NCBI RefSeq assembly: GCF_004010195.1
Contig: NC_057755.1
Location: forward strand, 8,967,306-9,031,305
Reading direction: 5' to 3'
From: Chiloscyllium plagiosum
Taxonomy: Eukaryota
DNA length: 64,000 nucleotides
In this document: positions 12,500-25,544 of the stretch, one piece after another
How positions within the stretch are numbered: the stretch's first letter is position 1
Layout of the letters: each line of letters begins with the position of its first letter
Program-made: the position numbers and the translations under genes
The notes under the pieces: model-generated
Database searches by the model: none
Seen by the model: the letters and a program-made list of their open reading frames with translations, nothing else
Told to the model about the DNA's origin: nothing

Positions 12500-13280
12500 A
12501 GATGCATGTAGCTTATGTTCAATGAGTGTCAGGCACTGCTTTCACCTCATTTGGAATATTGTGTTCAGTTGTAGGTACGTTCTAAAAGATGTGAAGTCAC
12601 TGAGGAGACAAGGATCTTGTTAAAAAAATGAAGAATTGGTGCAGAAGTAGGATATTCCGGCACTGAGGCCTGTTCAATCATTTGATGCAATCAGGACCGG
12701 ACCCCCTCAATAGCCACTTTAATGCCGACTCTCCATCTCCCCTCAACACATGACTTACCAAAAATCTTCCTCCTTCCTTAAAGTTATACATTGTCCCAAC
12801 ACATACTGCACACCACCGATGTGAATTGCACTGATTAAGTAAATACTTAATTAACTTCATTTTAAAACTGCTCTCCTTCATTCTAAAACTGTGACCTCTC
12901 ATTCCAGATTGTCCCACGTGATGAAACATCCTCTCTGCAGCTACTCTGCTGATTCTGTTTCACATCCAATATTCTTTGAACATTTCTCCCCTCACTCTTT
13001 AAATGTCCCAGAGAGTATAGGATGAATTTTTCTCCAACAGACTAATCTCTGAATTCAATTGAGTGAACTACCTTTGATCTGCGTCCAAAGTAAAATCATC
13101 CCTTCTTAGTTAATGGGACCAAAATAGTTATGCAGTAGTCCATGTTCAGACTCTGTCATGCTTTGTATCACTTCAGAAACATCTCTCTACTTTATACCCC
13201 ATTCCGTTTGCAATAAGAGAGAATATTCAAGTTGTTTTATTGAATACCTTGCTCTCCCTGAAAAGAGGAGGTCGCTGATT
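12500..13280. mobile_element. Old CR1 LINE fragments (short plus-strand piece, then a minus-strand piece)
   Basis: cctcatttggaatattgtgttcagtt on plus; GHSFRMK-like 3' ORF2 region on minus. Confidence 0.6.
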
Positions 13281-13359
13281 CATGCCCACGAAAGTTGGTG
13301 AAAGCTCACACTTACGAATGTACTCTTATTTGAAGGACCGAATCGCCTCCTCCACCCCC

Positions 13360-13662
13360 CATTTAGATTACAATCTCCTCAGTATGGAAACTGCCCATTT
13401 ATCCCCACACCGACCCACTGAAGAGTAACCCAGCCAGACCCATCACCTAGCATATCTTTACCCCTGACTAAAGCACCTAAAACTATTGGCAATTCACCTG
13501 ACGTGCACATCTTTGGATTGTGGGAGGAAACCGGAGCACCCGGAGGAAACCCACGCAGAAACGGGTAGAATGCCCAAACCCCACACAGACAGTTACCAGG
13601 GGTGGGAATTGAACAAAGTTCCCTGATGTTATGAGTAGCATTACCAGCCACCGTGCCACCCA
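13360..13662 (-). mobile_element. tRNA-derived SINE (HE1/V-SINE type)
   Basis: Homologous to 3735-4045. Confidence 0.85.
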
Positions 13663-13862
13663 CAATTTCCATGTTTCAATGTGATGTACATACCTCTTCA
13701 CTGAGCATATTGTTCGAAAGCTGTCACACAAACAGTAGCAGGGAGTTAGATATCCCTTTGTGCTCAGTATCATTGTGCTTAGTAATCATGTGAAATAGGT
13801 GAGAGTGACGCCACAGTGTGAGACAAGTGAATGTGTGAAACAACAGAATATTATTCACTTAC

Positions 13863-13932
13863 CAGGAATGCCAAAGGCTGCGAGAATTGGGTAGAAAATT
13901 ATCTTCATCTGAACTATTATTGACTGCACCAT
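13863..13932 (-). CDS. GPCR gene 1, coding exon 1 (MVQSIIVQMKIIFYPILAAFGIP, phase 1)
   Basis: 70-nt ATG-initiated exon ending G|gtaagt (consensus donor). It is homologous to exon 1 of gene 2 (YPILA..GIP) and its phase matches the exon 2 acceptor at 7722. Intron is about 6.1 kb. Confidence 0.9.
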
Positions 13933-14730
13933 TCTCAGAGGTATGTCTGAAATGTATCCCGATTGTTGGCATCACTTTGCAATTTATCTGCTGACAGGCA
14001 ATAGTCATTATTTGTAGAGCAATCTGTCCCCAGCTGAGGGCAAAATAAACGTGATGCAACATTATCAAAATAACGTTCACTGAAGAGATTTTTTTGCCGC
14101 TCCATTTCACTCATGTGTCCATGAGGAGATGACACAGCTGAATAACAGATACACCTTTCGCCAAAACGAACCAATGGAACAACATCACAGGAACTAATGT
14201 TGGTTGGCACACACCCAGTAAGCCGTTGATCTCTGTCGTTATGTTGGCTTCCTTTCAGTTCTAGTCAACATGACAAATCATGCGCCATCCATTGCATCCT
14301 TCATTCAGACAATAACATGGGCATTTTTTTTTCCTGAACATTTGAGTAATTGATCATCAATTGTGACCAGCATCATTTGAAATTAGCAGAGCATGCATGA
14401 CCTGGATTTATTGCCATTGTTCAGTTCTCCTTTCCATAGGGAGCTGTGGGGGCAGTGTCCCTCTGTGTATTGAAGGCTGTGAAAGAGATATTCTTTATCA
14501 GGAGGGGAATCTAACATTATGGGGAAAGGGTGGGAAAATAGACATGATGAGTATCCAATCAGATATGATTCTATTGAAAGATGGAGCAAGTTTGATGGGC
14601 CAAATGGCCAATTGCTGAACGGCTATTTCTTGTAGCTTTCTGAGATGGAACGTTCTTGAATTGCTGCTGCAACGAAACTAAGAAAGATAAAGAAATGACA
14701 AACACGAAGAGGTGAGCGAGATGAACATGA

Positions 14731-15720
14731 TCAATGCAGAGCGATCCTTGGCGTAGAAAAGCCCGATATCCTGCATGTGATTGCTTCGATATTCGTCAGA
14801 GAGAAGGCGTTAATGGACTGTAATATAAATATTATAAATCCAAATAATCTTTCAAGAGCGATTAACTGATGAAGTTCAACTCGAAATTGTGAGATGGGAT
14901 ATAGGTAAATAGCTTGGGGGAGACATAACAATGACACATTTACATTATTGCAGACAATTATGTCAGTTGTATAGACCAAATTGTTGGCAGTAACTAATGT
15001 GATTCCAAAGTTTGTATAGGACAACTGGCAAAATTGTAATTCAGATAATATAACAACGTTCAGCTCAGTTTCGATATGGAAATTCATTGCTTGATTCAAG
15101 TTCCTGACTCTGTTGAAGATGTGACTGTAATAGTTGAAAGGGCTAATGATGCAAACGTTGCATCTTATAAAATCTAAATGGCCCTGAGCAAGGTACCCCT
15201 TTGTTGTTTCAGAACTAACATCAGACCATGACGAATCGTTGAACGTCTCACAAGGTCTCGACCGTTCTGGAGATAAAGATTGTACAGAGTTAAATCGTTC
15301 AAGGCAACTATTCCCAACGTCCACCCTTGTCCCTCTCCTTTTCTCTCTGACCAGAGATCTGGGTGTAAAGGAAAACGTGACCGCAAAACTGTGGCCATCA
15401 AACCTTATAAATGTTTTCGTCCCAGTTGGTCGAATGTTGGGGTCGCGGCGAGGGGGATTGAAACCACCAAAATTGGCAGGGTACTGTGTGCACAAATGAA
15501 CAAGAAGTAATGTCAAGCTAGCTGTGTTTGAATGGAAAGTGATCACTGAACATTGACAGCAGATCTGTAAAGGCCCAGGCCTACATGAGAGAGAATGTTT
15601 GAAAAAAGAACAACGTTCTGGTGCAGAGAAAGCTCCGAGAAAATATATGGGCAAGATATAAGCTTCACATTGACAAGCTCCTTGTATTTGATAACAGAAC
15701 ACAATATCTCCCTTCCCCAC
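14731..15720 (-). other. Unexplained 329-codon ORF (orphan; possibly viral or mobile-element derived)
   Basis: Stop-free for 990 nt in non-repetitive sequence, while the other frames I translated have many stops. CpG is barely depleted. No family recognised. Confidence 0.35.
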
Positions 15721-15734
15721 GATTTCACGTGCTC

Positions 15735-16056
15735 ACACACACACACACACGCACGATCTCTCTCTCACATACACACATGAAAGCACACACTCTCCCTTTC
15801 TCTCATACACACTCTCTCTAACACACACACACATTCTCTAATACATAAAAGACTCTCTCACACAAAACTCTCTCTTTCACACACACACACTCTCACTCAT
15901 ACGCACTCTCTCACACACATGCACATGCACACACACTGTCTTACACACACATTCTCCCTCCCACTCTCACATACATATGCGCACGCGATCTCCCTCAGAC
16001 ACACACATTCTCTCTCCCTCTCTCACACACATGCTCTCTCTCTCTAACATACACAC
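15735..16056. repeat. Compound (CA)n/(CT)n microsatellite
   Basis: Read directly. Confidence 0.95.
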
Positions 16057-17049
16057 TACCATTTCCTGTTCAGATACCCATCCTGTGTAGGTTTTATTCT
16101 GCAAAACTCATGGTGGATTTCAGTGTTCTCAATGAGTTTCCCTCCAAAACTGCTTGGAGACACAATGAGAAAACCAGAATTGAAAAATAAAAGTGACAAT
16201 GCTGGAAGAACATTCAGTCTACTTTTCCACAAACGCACCAGGGCCATATTACAAGAGGTGGTCCTTCAGCATTATTTCGTGAGGCCCTGTCACAAAGTAA
16301 CCTCTATTGAGACTGCAGTAATGTCTGCTTATCATAACAGGAGCAGATGATTATCACTTAGTCATCTTCATTTTATAATTTGTATTCCATGACCTGAGTA
16401 TGAATTTTTCCCCACTTTAAAATAAGAACTACATTATTAATAATATATTTTTGAATGATTTTGAAAGTTGCCCTTATGTTTTTTTGAAGAGATCATTACC
16501 CGTTTACTCACAAGCCTGTGCATTTATCAACATTGAATTTAAAAAAAAAATGCAAACTGTGTGTTGCTGGAGAGGAATTGAAAGACAGTAATAATCTCTC
16601 ATAGTGTTACCAAACGCCTTCCAACATTTCGTGTCAGAAGCATTTTCTGCAGTTGTGGTTTAAAAATATCAGCCTCCCACTTCTCCCCACCACAGCCACA
16701 GCAGAGATGTGATGGCGAGTGGGACGATTGGTAACGGGGTAGCCAGTGCTGTCACTCTGCTTTTGGTGATAGTGAAGGCTAGATACTTTATCCTCGATGT
16801 CATCCTGGCATTGAGTGATGAATGTTGGTGTTCTCCTTCCGGGAATTGAATTTGTTTAGTTTGAAAAGGGCGTGCCTTGTTTAGCTAAGGCTATTCCAGT
16901 CGCTAAAGGTCTCCTGGGTAGGAGGATGTCACTTCGAGAGATCTACACAAAGTGGGGAAGGCAAAGCTTTTGAAATTGGCAGACTGGGTTCACCTTTGGC
17001 CGTGCAGATAGGAGAGAGGTAGTTACAGCAATAGCTTGACATTTATGAT

Positions 17050-19135
17050 TCCTTGGAATGCTATCAGAATCATTGGAATTGGCAGAAATTCAATTGTAAA
17101 AGAAGCAGCCGGAACATGAAAAAGAAATGAAGCATGGAAAAGAAAAATAATCGAGCAGAGAAAAAGGGAGAAAGTGAGAGTTTTGAATTTCGGAGTTTGT
17201 CACTGAAAACTCAAGGTCGCCTCGTAATGGCGAATGTAATGTAGGAGTCGCAATCAGGACAATGATTGAGTTCAGTCACATCGTGGCGTAAGATCTGGTG
17301 GGGATCAGATTTAACACATCCAAGTATTGCGAAAGTTTTACAAGAAGGATGTGGAAGCTTTTTAATTTCATTTGAGGAAGTGGCTAAATAAATCAATTGG
17401 CCAGTGACCAGGTATTGTTAATCCAAACCATGTCGGTTGGTATAGCTAACGGAGCATTTGATTCACTAACAGAGAAGGAATCTGAGGAAGACGAGAACGT
17501 GAAAAATATCATTTTAAGTGCATATGAGCTTGTACTAGAATTCTGGAGAAAATATTTTAGGCATCAAAAGACAGAAGTTGGTCAAACATACATTAAGTTT
17601 GAAAGAAAGAAGCAGAGCAGATTTGATAGGTGGATAAGAGCATTCAACATAGATCAAATTTCTGTCACCCTCAGATCAACGACTAATTCGTAAGATTTAT
17701 TGGTCAGAGCATTGAGTATAGGATTTGGGGAGTCACGTTGCAGGACATTGGTTAGACCACTGTTGGAATATTGCGTGCCATTGCAGTCTCCCTGCTATAG
17801 GGAGCACGTTGTGAATCTTGAAAGGGTACAGCAAATATTTACAAAGATGTTGCCAGGTTTGGAAGATTTGCGCGATAGGGAGAGGTTCAATCGGCTGGGG
17901 CTGTTTTCCCTGGAGCATCGGAGACTGAGGGGTGACCTTATAGAGATTTATAAAATCGTGAGGGGCATGAATAGGGTAAATAGACAAGGTCTTTTCCATG
18001 GAGTGAGGGAGTCCAGAGCGAGAGGACATAGGTTTAGTGTGAGAGGGGAAAGATATGAAAGAGACGTAAGGGGAAAGTTTCTCACACAGAGAGTGGTGCG
18101 TGTATGGAATGAGCCGCCAGAGGGAGTGGTGGAGGCTAGGTTCATGGCAACATATAAAAGGCACGTGGATGGGTATATGAATAGGAAGCATTTAGAGGGA
18201 TATGGGCCACATACTGGCAAATGAAGCTAGATTTGGTTTGGATGATTGGCTGGCATGGAGGAGTTGGATCGAAGGGTCCATTTCCGTGCTGTACATCTCT
18301 ATGTCTCTATGTCTATGACTCTAAGAGTTCAAAAATTCATTTCCTGAAGTAGTGAGGACTTGAGCAGAGAAGAGCAGAGAGTCACTGGTGGAAACGGCAG
18401 ATGATTTTGAGTTGGTTCATAAATCAAAGTTTCACATCCAACATCAATTTCAATTGATGAAGGATAGACATTGGAAGAAGGAGAAATCGTCAGGCGCTAA
18501 GGGAAAAGGAGATCTCATTAAGATAATAACGTTAGCTATCCTTATTAAGGAAATTCTTGAAGTGGAAAGAGAAGTGAAAAAGCTCAGATGTTTTCACTGC
18601 AGTAAATAGGCCACATGCAGTCACAGTGTTGGTGGTTTTGGAAAAGTACTGGGAAGACAGATGTGGGAAAATGAGATAAATCCGTGTGTCTTGTTGAAGT
18701 GGTGAAGGCAAGTATAGTTGTAAAAGCTACAAATCAATACGAAACCTGCTCAGGTTGGTGAAGAAGAAAGAGCCAGAACAACTTAATAATTTACTGTCGA
18801 GAGCATGGTTTCCTCGTGTATTCCAGGAGGAGCAGGTAAAGAAATTACATTTTTAAGACATACAGGAGCAAGTCAATCTTTAATGGTAGAGATGCGGAGA
18901 TGTGTATTGCTAGACGCTGTGATAATATGTGGAACATACAGTGGGAAGAGCAGTGTTCCATGAATTAAATGAATTTGGAGAGTGTATTGAAAAATGGTAA
19001 AGTGGTGGTCAGAGTAATAGAGAAATTCTCACATCCAGAAATGTAGTTTATCCTTCTTAATAATGTAGCTGCGTTACAGCTGAGAATGCTGGCTATGGTA
19101 CTTGAGAAACCAGTGGAGAATAAGAAGTTCCTGTT
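17050..19135 (+). mobile_element. Degenerate Gypsy-group (Gmr1-like) LTR retrotransposon gag-protease fragment, interrupted by a CR1 3' fragment
   Basis: Gag-like VKNIILSAYELV..F..FDRW segment, EFKNS and ADDFELVHK, zinc knuckle CFHCSK*GHMQSQC (about 18590), and a degenerate protease active-site region FLRHTGASQSL (about 18850). Confidence 0.75.
17700..18323 (+). mobile_element. CR1 LINE 3' fragment
   Basis: LVRPLLEYC, RRLRGDLIE and RVWNEPP motifs, a 3' UTR, and a ctatgtct/ctatgact tail. Confidence 0.9.
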
Positions 19136-19139
19136 GAGA

Positions 19140-22100
19140 GAAGAGAGAGTCTTTAGCTCAGGAGTCTTCTACAAGGAGGTTGAGTGAAGTGATTACGCCA
19201 CAGTTGTAGAGGGTGAAGACATGACTGCCAAGCTGGTTCAGTGTGCTACGTGCTTGATGTGGGAGGTCAACGAGGTCAACGACTCTGGTGTGTCTGGCTC
19301 GTATAAGTGTGGAAAGTGTGTGCACGTTCATCTACAGACAGAGCATATTGCAGCACTGATGAAAGAACTCAAGGACCTTCGGCTCATCCGAGAGAATGAG
19401 ATCTTTCCGGACCGGACCTTCCGCGAGGTTATTACACTGACCATACCAGAAGAGAGCAAAGGAGAGCAGACGATGAGGAAGGCAGAGAGGAGACAGGTGC
19501 AAGAGACCGTGGGGGAAGTAACTGTCAGGAACAAAATGAATCTTTTGGAAACAGTAGAGACAGACGACACTGCCAGTCCACGAGGTGGCCAGGTCTGTCA
19601 ATCAAAAGTTGGCACAGAGGCAGAGTGGAAGAGTCGGACATCGCACAGAGCTGTGGTGATAGGGGAGTCCATAGTGAGAGGAACTGACCGGGGTTTCTGT
19701 GACAACAGGCGGGATTTAAGGATGGTGTGTTGCATTCCTGGTGCCAGGATTAAGGACATCGCAGACAGAGTGCAGGAAATCTTCAAGGGCGAGGGTGAAG
19801 AACCAGAGGTGGTGGTACATGTCGGCAAAAATGATGTCGGGAAGAAGAGGAGCGACATACTACAGCGGGACTTAAGAGAACTAGGAAGAAGGCTGAAAAG
19901 CAGGACGTCCAGAGTGGTTATCTCCGGTTTGCTTCAGTTCCTCGGGCTGGTGAGGCCAGAAACAGAGAGATAATGGACTTGAACGTGTGGCTGGGGAACT
20001 GGTGTAGGAAGCAAGGATTTAAATTCTTGGATCACTGGGGTATGTTTTGCGGTAAGTATAAATTATACAAAAGAGACGGTTTGCACCTTAATAGGTTAGG
20101 GACCAGTATTCTGGAAGGCAGGTTTGGTACTGCAACACAGCTACATTAAAACTAAGTAGCGGGGGTGGAGGGGAAAAAACTGCATGTTTAAGAAGGAAAT
20201 TGAAGGGAAAGTTAGAACAAGGGAAGTCAAGAAAGACTGTATCAATGAGGCAGAAAACTCAAAAAGGGATCATGCCGTAAGGCTGAGTGAAATAGAGGTT
20301 GATAGGAAGGGTGATGGCAGTAACAAATTAAAAATACTATATAATGAATGCACGAAGTATTAGAAATAAGATGGATGAGCTTGAGGCTCTTTTGGAAATT
20401 GGCAGCTACGATATTGTGGGGATAACGGAGACGTGGTTTCAAGTGGACATGGCCTGGGAAATGAATATTCAAGGCTATACATACTGTCGAAAGGACAGAT
20501 TGACGGGCAGAGGGGGTGGGTTGGCCCTGTTAGAAAGGGATGATATTCAGTCACTTGCAGAGGGGGACCTAGAATCAGGGGATGTAGACTCAGTATGGAT
20601 AGAGCTGAGAAATTCTAAGAGTAGAAAGACCCTCTTGGGAGGGACCCTCTACAGGCCCCTAAACAGTAATATTGATGTAGGGTATAAGTTGAATAAGGAG
20701 CTGAAATTGGTTACTACAGTTGTTATGGGGGAATTTCAGCATGGAAGTAGACTGGGAGAATCAGGATGGTATTGGACCTCAAGAAAGAGACTTTGTGGAG
20801 TGCCTCAGAGATGGATTCTTAGAACAGCTGGTGCTGGAGCTTACTAGGGAGTAGGTAATTCTAGATATGGTATTATGCAACAAACCAGAATTGATCAGGG
20901 ACCTCGAAGTGGAGGAGCCATTAGGAAGTAGTGACCATAATACAATAAGCTTCAATCTGCAATTTGAAAGTGAGAGGGTACAATCGGTAGTGACAATATT
21001 TCCGTTGATTAAAGGGAACTATGGAGCTATGAGAGAGGAGCTGGCCAAAGTTCAAATGGAGCAATACCTTAGTAGGGATGACAGTGGAGCAACAATGGCA
21101 GACATTTCTGGGTATAATGCGGAAGATGCAGGATCAGTTCATTCCAAAAAGGAAGAAAGATCCTAGGAGGAGGCATGGGTGGCCATGGCTGACGAGGGAA
21201 GTTAAGAAACATATAAAGTCAAAAGAGAAAAAGTATAACATAGCAAAGATAAGTGGGAAAACGGAGGACTGGGAAGCTTTTAAAGAACAACAGAGGATTA
21301 CTAAGAAGGAAATACGCAGAGAAAAAATGAGGTNNNNNNNNNNNNNNNNNNNNNNNNNNNNNNNNNNNNNNNNNNNNNNNNNNNNNNNNNNNNNNNNNNN
21401 NNNNNNNNNNNNNNNNNNNNNNNNNNNNNNNNNNNNNNNNNNNNNNNNNNNNNNNNNNNNNNNNNNNNNNNNNNNNNNNNNNNNNNNNNNNNNNNNNNNN
21501 NNNNNNNNNNNNNNNNNNNNNNNNNNNNNNNNNNNNNNNNNNNNNNNNNNNNNNNNNNNNNNNNNNNNNNNNNNNNNNNNNNNNNNNNNNNNNNNNNNNN
21601 NNNNNNNNNNNNNNNNNNNNNNNNNNNNNNNNNNNNNNNNNNNNNNNNNNNNNNNNNNNNNNNNNNNNNNNNNNNNNNNNNNNNNNNNNNNNNNNNNNNN
21701 NNNNNNNNNNNNNNNNNNNNNNNNNNNNNNNNNNNNNNNNNNNNNNNNNNNNNNNNNNNNNNNNNNNNNNNNNNNNNNNNNNNNNNNNNNNNNNNNNNNN
21801 NNNNNNNNNNNNNNNNNNNNNNNNNNNNNNNNNNNNNNNNNNNNNNNNNNNNNNNNNNGATGTAGTGTACCTGGACTTTCAGAAAGCCTTTGATAAAGTC
21901 CCACATAGGAGGTTAGTGAGCAAAATTAGGGCGCATGGTATTGGGGGCAAAGTACTGACTTGGGTTGAAAATTGGTTGGCTGACAGGAAGCAAAGACTAG
22001 TGATAAATGGCTCCCTTTTGGAATGGCAGGCGGTGACCAGTTGGGTACCGCAGGAATCAGTGCTGGGACCGCAGCTTTTTACAATATATATTAATGATAT

Positions 22101-23065
22101 AGAAGATGGTATTAATAGTAACATTAGCAAATTTGCTGATAATACAAAGCTGGGTGGCAGGGTGAAATGTGAAGAGGATGTTAGGAGATTACAAGGTGAC
22201 CTGGACAGGTTAGGTGAGTGGACAGATGCATGGCAGATGCAGTTTAATGTGGATAAATGTGTGATTATTCACTTTTTGGCAAGAACAGGAAGGCAGATTA
22301 CTACCTAAATGGAGTCCAGTTAGATAAAGGGGCAGTACAAAGAGATCTGGGTGTTCTTGTACACCAGGCAATGAAGGCAAGCATGAAGGTATAGCAGGTA
22401 TTGAAGAAAGCTAATAGCATGCTGGCCTTCATAACAAGAGGGTTTGAGTATAGAAGCAAAGAGGTTCTTCTGCAGCGGTACAGGGCCCTGGTGAGACTGC
22501 ACTTGGAATATTGTGTGCAGTTCTGGTCTCCAAATTTGAGGAAAGGCATTCTGGCTATTGAGGGAGTGCAGCGTAGGTTCGTGAGGTCAATTTCTGGAAT
22601 GGCGGGACTATCCTATGTTGAAAGATTGGAGCGACTAGGCTTGTATACCCTTGGGTTTAGAAGACTGAGAGGGGATCTGATTGAGACGTATATTATTAAA
22701 GGATTGGATACTCTGGAGGCAGGAAACATGTTTCTGCTGATGGGTGAGTCCCAAACCAGAGGACACAGCTTAAAAAATAAGGAGTAGGCCATTTAGGACA
22801 GAGATGAGGAGAAACGTCTTCACCCAGACACTGGTGGGTGTGTGGAATTCTCTGCCCAGAAGGCAGTGGAGGCCCAGTCTCTGGATCTGTTTCAGAAAGG
22901 GTTGGATAGAGCTCTCAAGAATAGTGGAATCAAGGGTTATGGAGATAAGGCAGGAACAGGATACTGATTGAGGACGATCAGCCATGATCATAATGAATGG
23001 TGGTGCAGGCTCGAAGGACAGAATGGCCTACTCCTGCACCTATTGTCTATTTTAAATTGTCTATT
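19140..23065 (+). mobile_element. Near-full-length CR1-clade LINE (HER1-like), disrupted, spanning the assembly gap
   Basis: ORF1 from 19221 with N-terminal CxxC..CxxC and SGNH-esterase motifs (GESIVRG, HVGKND, DGLHLN). ORF2 from about 20344 with APE motifs (NARSIRNK, ITETW, GSSDHN) and RT motifs (YLDFQKAFDKVPH, FADNT, RLRGDLIE). Ends in a short ctatt-type repeat tail. Confidence 0.92.
21334..21858. other. Assembly gap (525 N)
   Basis: Run of N inside LINE ORF2. Confidence 1.
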
Positions 23066-23199
23066 AAGTTAACTGACACGATACTGGAAGTAAATCTCGG
23101 AATTGTTCCTGACTGAGTGGGAACAAAGTCACAAAGGCAGAGGTTGTAGCTGGAAGAGAAATCAAAGAACAAAGAGAAGAATACTGAAGTTCTATTTTC

Positions 23200-23875
23200 A
23201 GAAACCACATTTGATTAATGCGATAGTGATGAAGGCATTTGGGATGCTTTCCTTTATTGGTCAATGCATCGATTATAGGAGGAGGGAGGTAATGTTGTGG
23301 CTGTACAGGACATTGGTTCATTTCTTTTCGAATATTCTGTGGCATTCTATTCTCCCTCCTATCAGAAAGGGTTTTGAATCTTGAAAGGGTTCAGAAAGGT
23401 TTTACGAGAATGTTGCCAGGGTTGGAAGGTTTGAGTAATAGGGAGAGGCTGAATGGGCTGTTTTTGCTGGAGCGTCGGAGGCTGAGGGGTGATCTCATCT
23501 AGGTTTATAGAACTATGTGGAGCATGGATAGCCTAAATCGACAAGACCTTTTCTTGTCTATGTAGTGGGAGAGACCAGAAGTGAGGAGCATAAGTTGAGG
23601 GTGAGTGGAGAAAGCTTTAAGAGGGACTCAAGGAGCAACGTTTTCACGCAGTGAGTGGTCTATGTATGGAATGAGCTGCCAGAGGATGCGATGGAGACTG
23701 GTACAATTACAACATTTGAATGACATCTTGATGGGTACCTGAATAAGAAGGGTTTCAAGGGATATGGGTCAAGTGATGGCAAATGGGACTGTATATGTTC
23801 AGGATATCTGGTCAACATGGAACGGGTTAAACCGAAACGTCTGCTTCCACGCTGTACATCTCTACGACCCTCTGT
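23200..23875 (+). mobile_element. CR1 LINE 3' fragment
   Basis: KAFGMLSFIGQ..EVMLWLYRTLV, with the same 3' UTR as 17700-18323. Confidence 0.88.
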
Positions 23876-24354
23876 ATCCTTTCCCTCTTTGTCCTTAGAA
23901 ACTTGAATCCTTGCCTTTTCCAGGGAGAAATTCTGTCATTGTCGTTATGTGAGGACTTGCAGTCTTGCAGCATCATGGGCAGTCTCCCGGCCTCCGAGTC
24001 AGGAGCTCTGAGTTTGAATCCCACTCCAGGGGATTTGGTCGATGAGGAAGTCAATAAAGAAGAACAAACAGACTGAACTTCAACTTGTAAACCCTTACAG
24101 TGCAGGCCAGCAGAGAGGGGAGAAGAGTTCCCTCATCTTTCCCTGATGGAAGCAACGCTGAAGTCTCCCCATTGCTGTCCATATCTCCCAAGTACTCGAT
24201 GCACGCGGAAATGTATGTTTCTGCAGTCGAAATGGGATTAGGAGATCAGGAGGCTTCTGAGACATGGGGATGGAGTATCAATCTGGAGGAGACAGGTGCT
24301 ATCAGCTTAGGGTTCAACACCCAGTTCCTTCTGAGGGTACATTGCCAGGCTTTG

Positions 24355-25312
24355 TTTTATTAATTTGTGGGACTTGGGTGTCGCTGGCTGGGCCAGCATT
24401 GATAGCGCATCCATATTTACCCTTGAGAATGTGGTCGGGACCTGCCTTCTTGAATCACTGCAGTCTGCCTGCTGTGGGTTGACCCACAAAGCCGGTAGGG
24501 AGGGAATTCCGGGATATTAACCCAACGACTGTGAAGGAACGATGGCATATTTCCAAGTCAGGATGGTGAGTGGCTTGGAGGGTAACCTGCAGGGGGTGGT
24601 GTTCCCAAGTACCTGCTGCCTTTGTGCTTCCAGATGGAAATGGTTGTGAGTTTAGAAAGTGTGATTAAAGGATCTTTGGTAATTTTCTGCAGTGCATTTT
24701 GAAGGTAGTACACACTGCTGATACTGAGTGCTGATGGTGGAGATATGAATGCTTATCCATTTACTTCCTCTGGGAGAGGTATAGGTGAGACCTGATAAGA
24801 ATAAGTTCGAATGAATTGAGCAAAGTAATTCACCACAAATCCTCAGACAGCACCTTCCAAACCCGAGACCACTTCCATCTGTCAGGGCAAGGGCAGTAGA
24901 TGCACAGGAACACCACCACACCCCCTGCAATTTCACTCTCCGAGCCCCTCAACATCCCGACATGGAAATATATTTTCGTTCCTTCTTATGCCAAAATCCT
25001 GCAATTCCCTCCCTAAGGGACATTGTGGGTGCAACCACAGCACGCGGATTGCAGCGGTTCAAGAAGGCAGTTCGCCCTCACCTTCTCAGGAGTGTTGCTG
25101 GAAAAGCACAGCAGGTCAGGCAACATCTGAGGAGCAGGAAATTTGACGTTTCAGGCCAGAGTCCTTCATTAGGAATGGTCCTGATGAATCATCCTGATGT
25201 AGGGCTCCGGCTTGAAACATCAATTTTCCTGCTCCTCAGTTGCTGCCTGACCAGCAACACATACTCAACAATAAATACTGGGCCCAGCCAGTGACACCTA
25301 CATAAAGTTCCA
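24355..25312. mobile_element. Two copies of a LINE 3'-end repeat in inverted orientation (minus 24355-24740, plus 24830-25312)
   Basis: atatttccaagtcaggatggtgagtggcttggaggg and ctgccttcttgaatcactgcag are reverse complements of the plus-strand copy. A third copy lies at 1640-1930. Confidence 0.75.
25090..25270. mobile_element. Inverted Penelope-type terminal repeat pair inserted into a LINE-tail repeat
   Basis: Same family as 45530-45745. Confidence 0.7.
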
Positions 25313-25544
25313 TTGCCGTGGGACCGAAAGTCCAACCTGTTCTTCAAGATTGCTTTATTTGAAACAGAGCATGATATGATTTGGTCATTATGGCTCCGTA
25401 GAAGCTACAGCCCGGGGAGTGGGTGGAGCTGAAACATCAGAGAATGGAGCGTGTCCAATTGCCTCTCTCACTGCTCTCGAGTGTGTGAGAGAAAGCAAAG
25501 CTCTTCTGCTGGGGCCTGCAGGAGTTGGTCCTTGTAAAACTTTT

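Noticed and set aside
13933..14060. Shared promoter motif between the two receptor genes (gctggg...; cctc.ga.aATG)
   Set aside because: Similarity to 50390-50494 is too short and weak to tell from chance by eye.
21078..21906. Long ORFs of 200-270 aa
   Set aside because: Artefacts of translating through the N gap.
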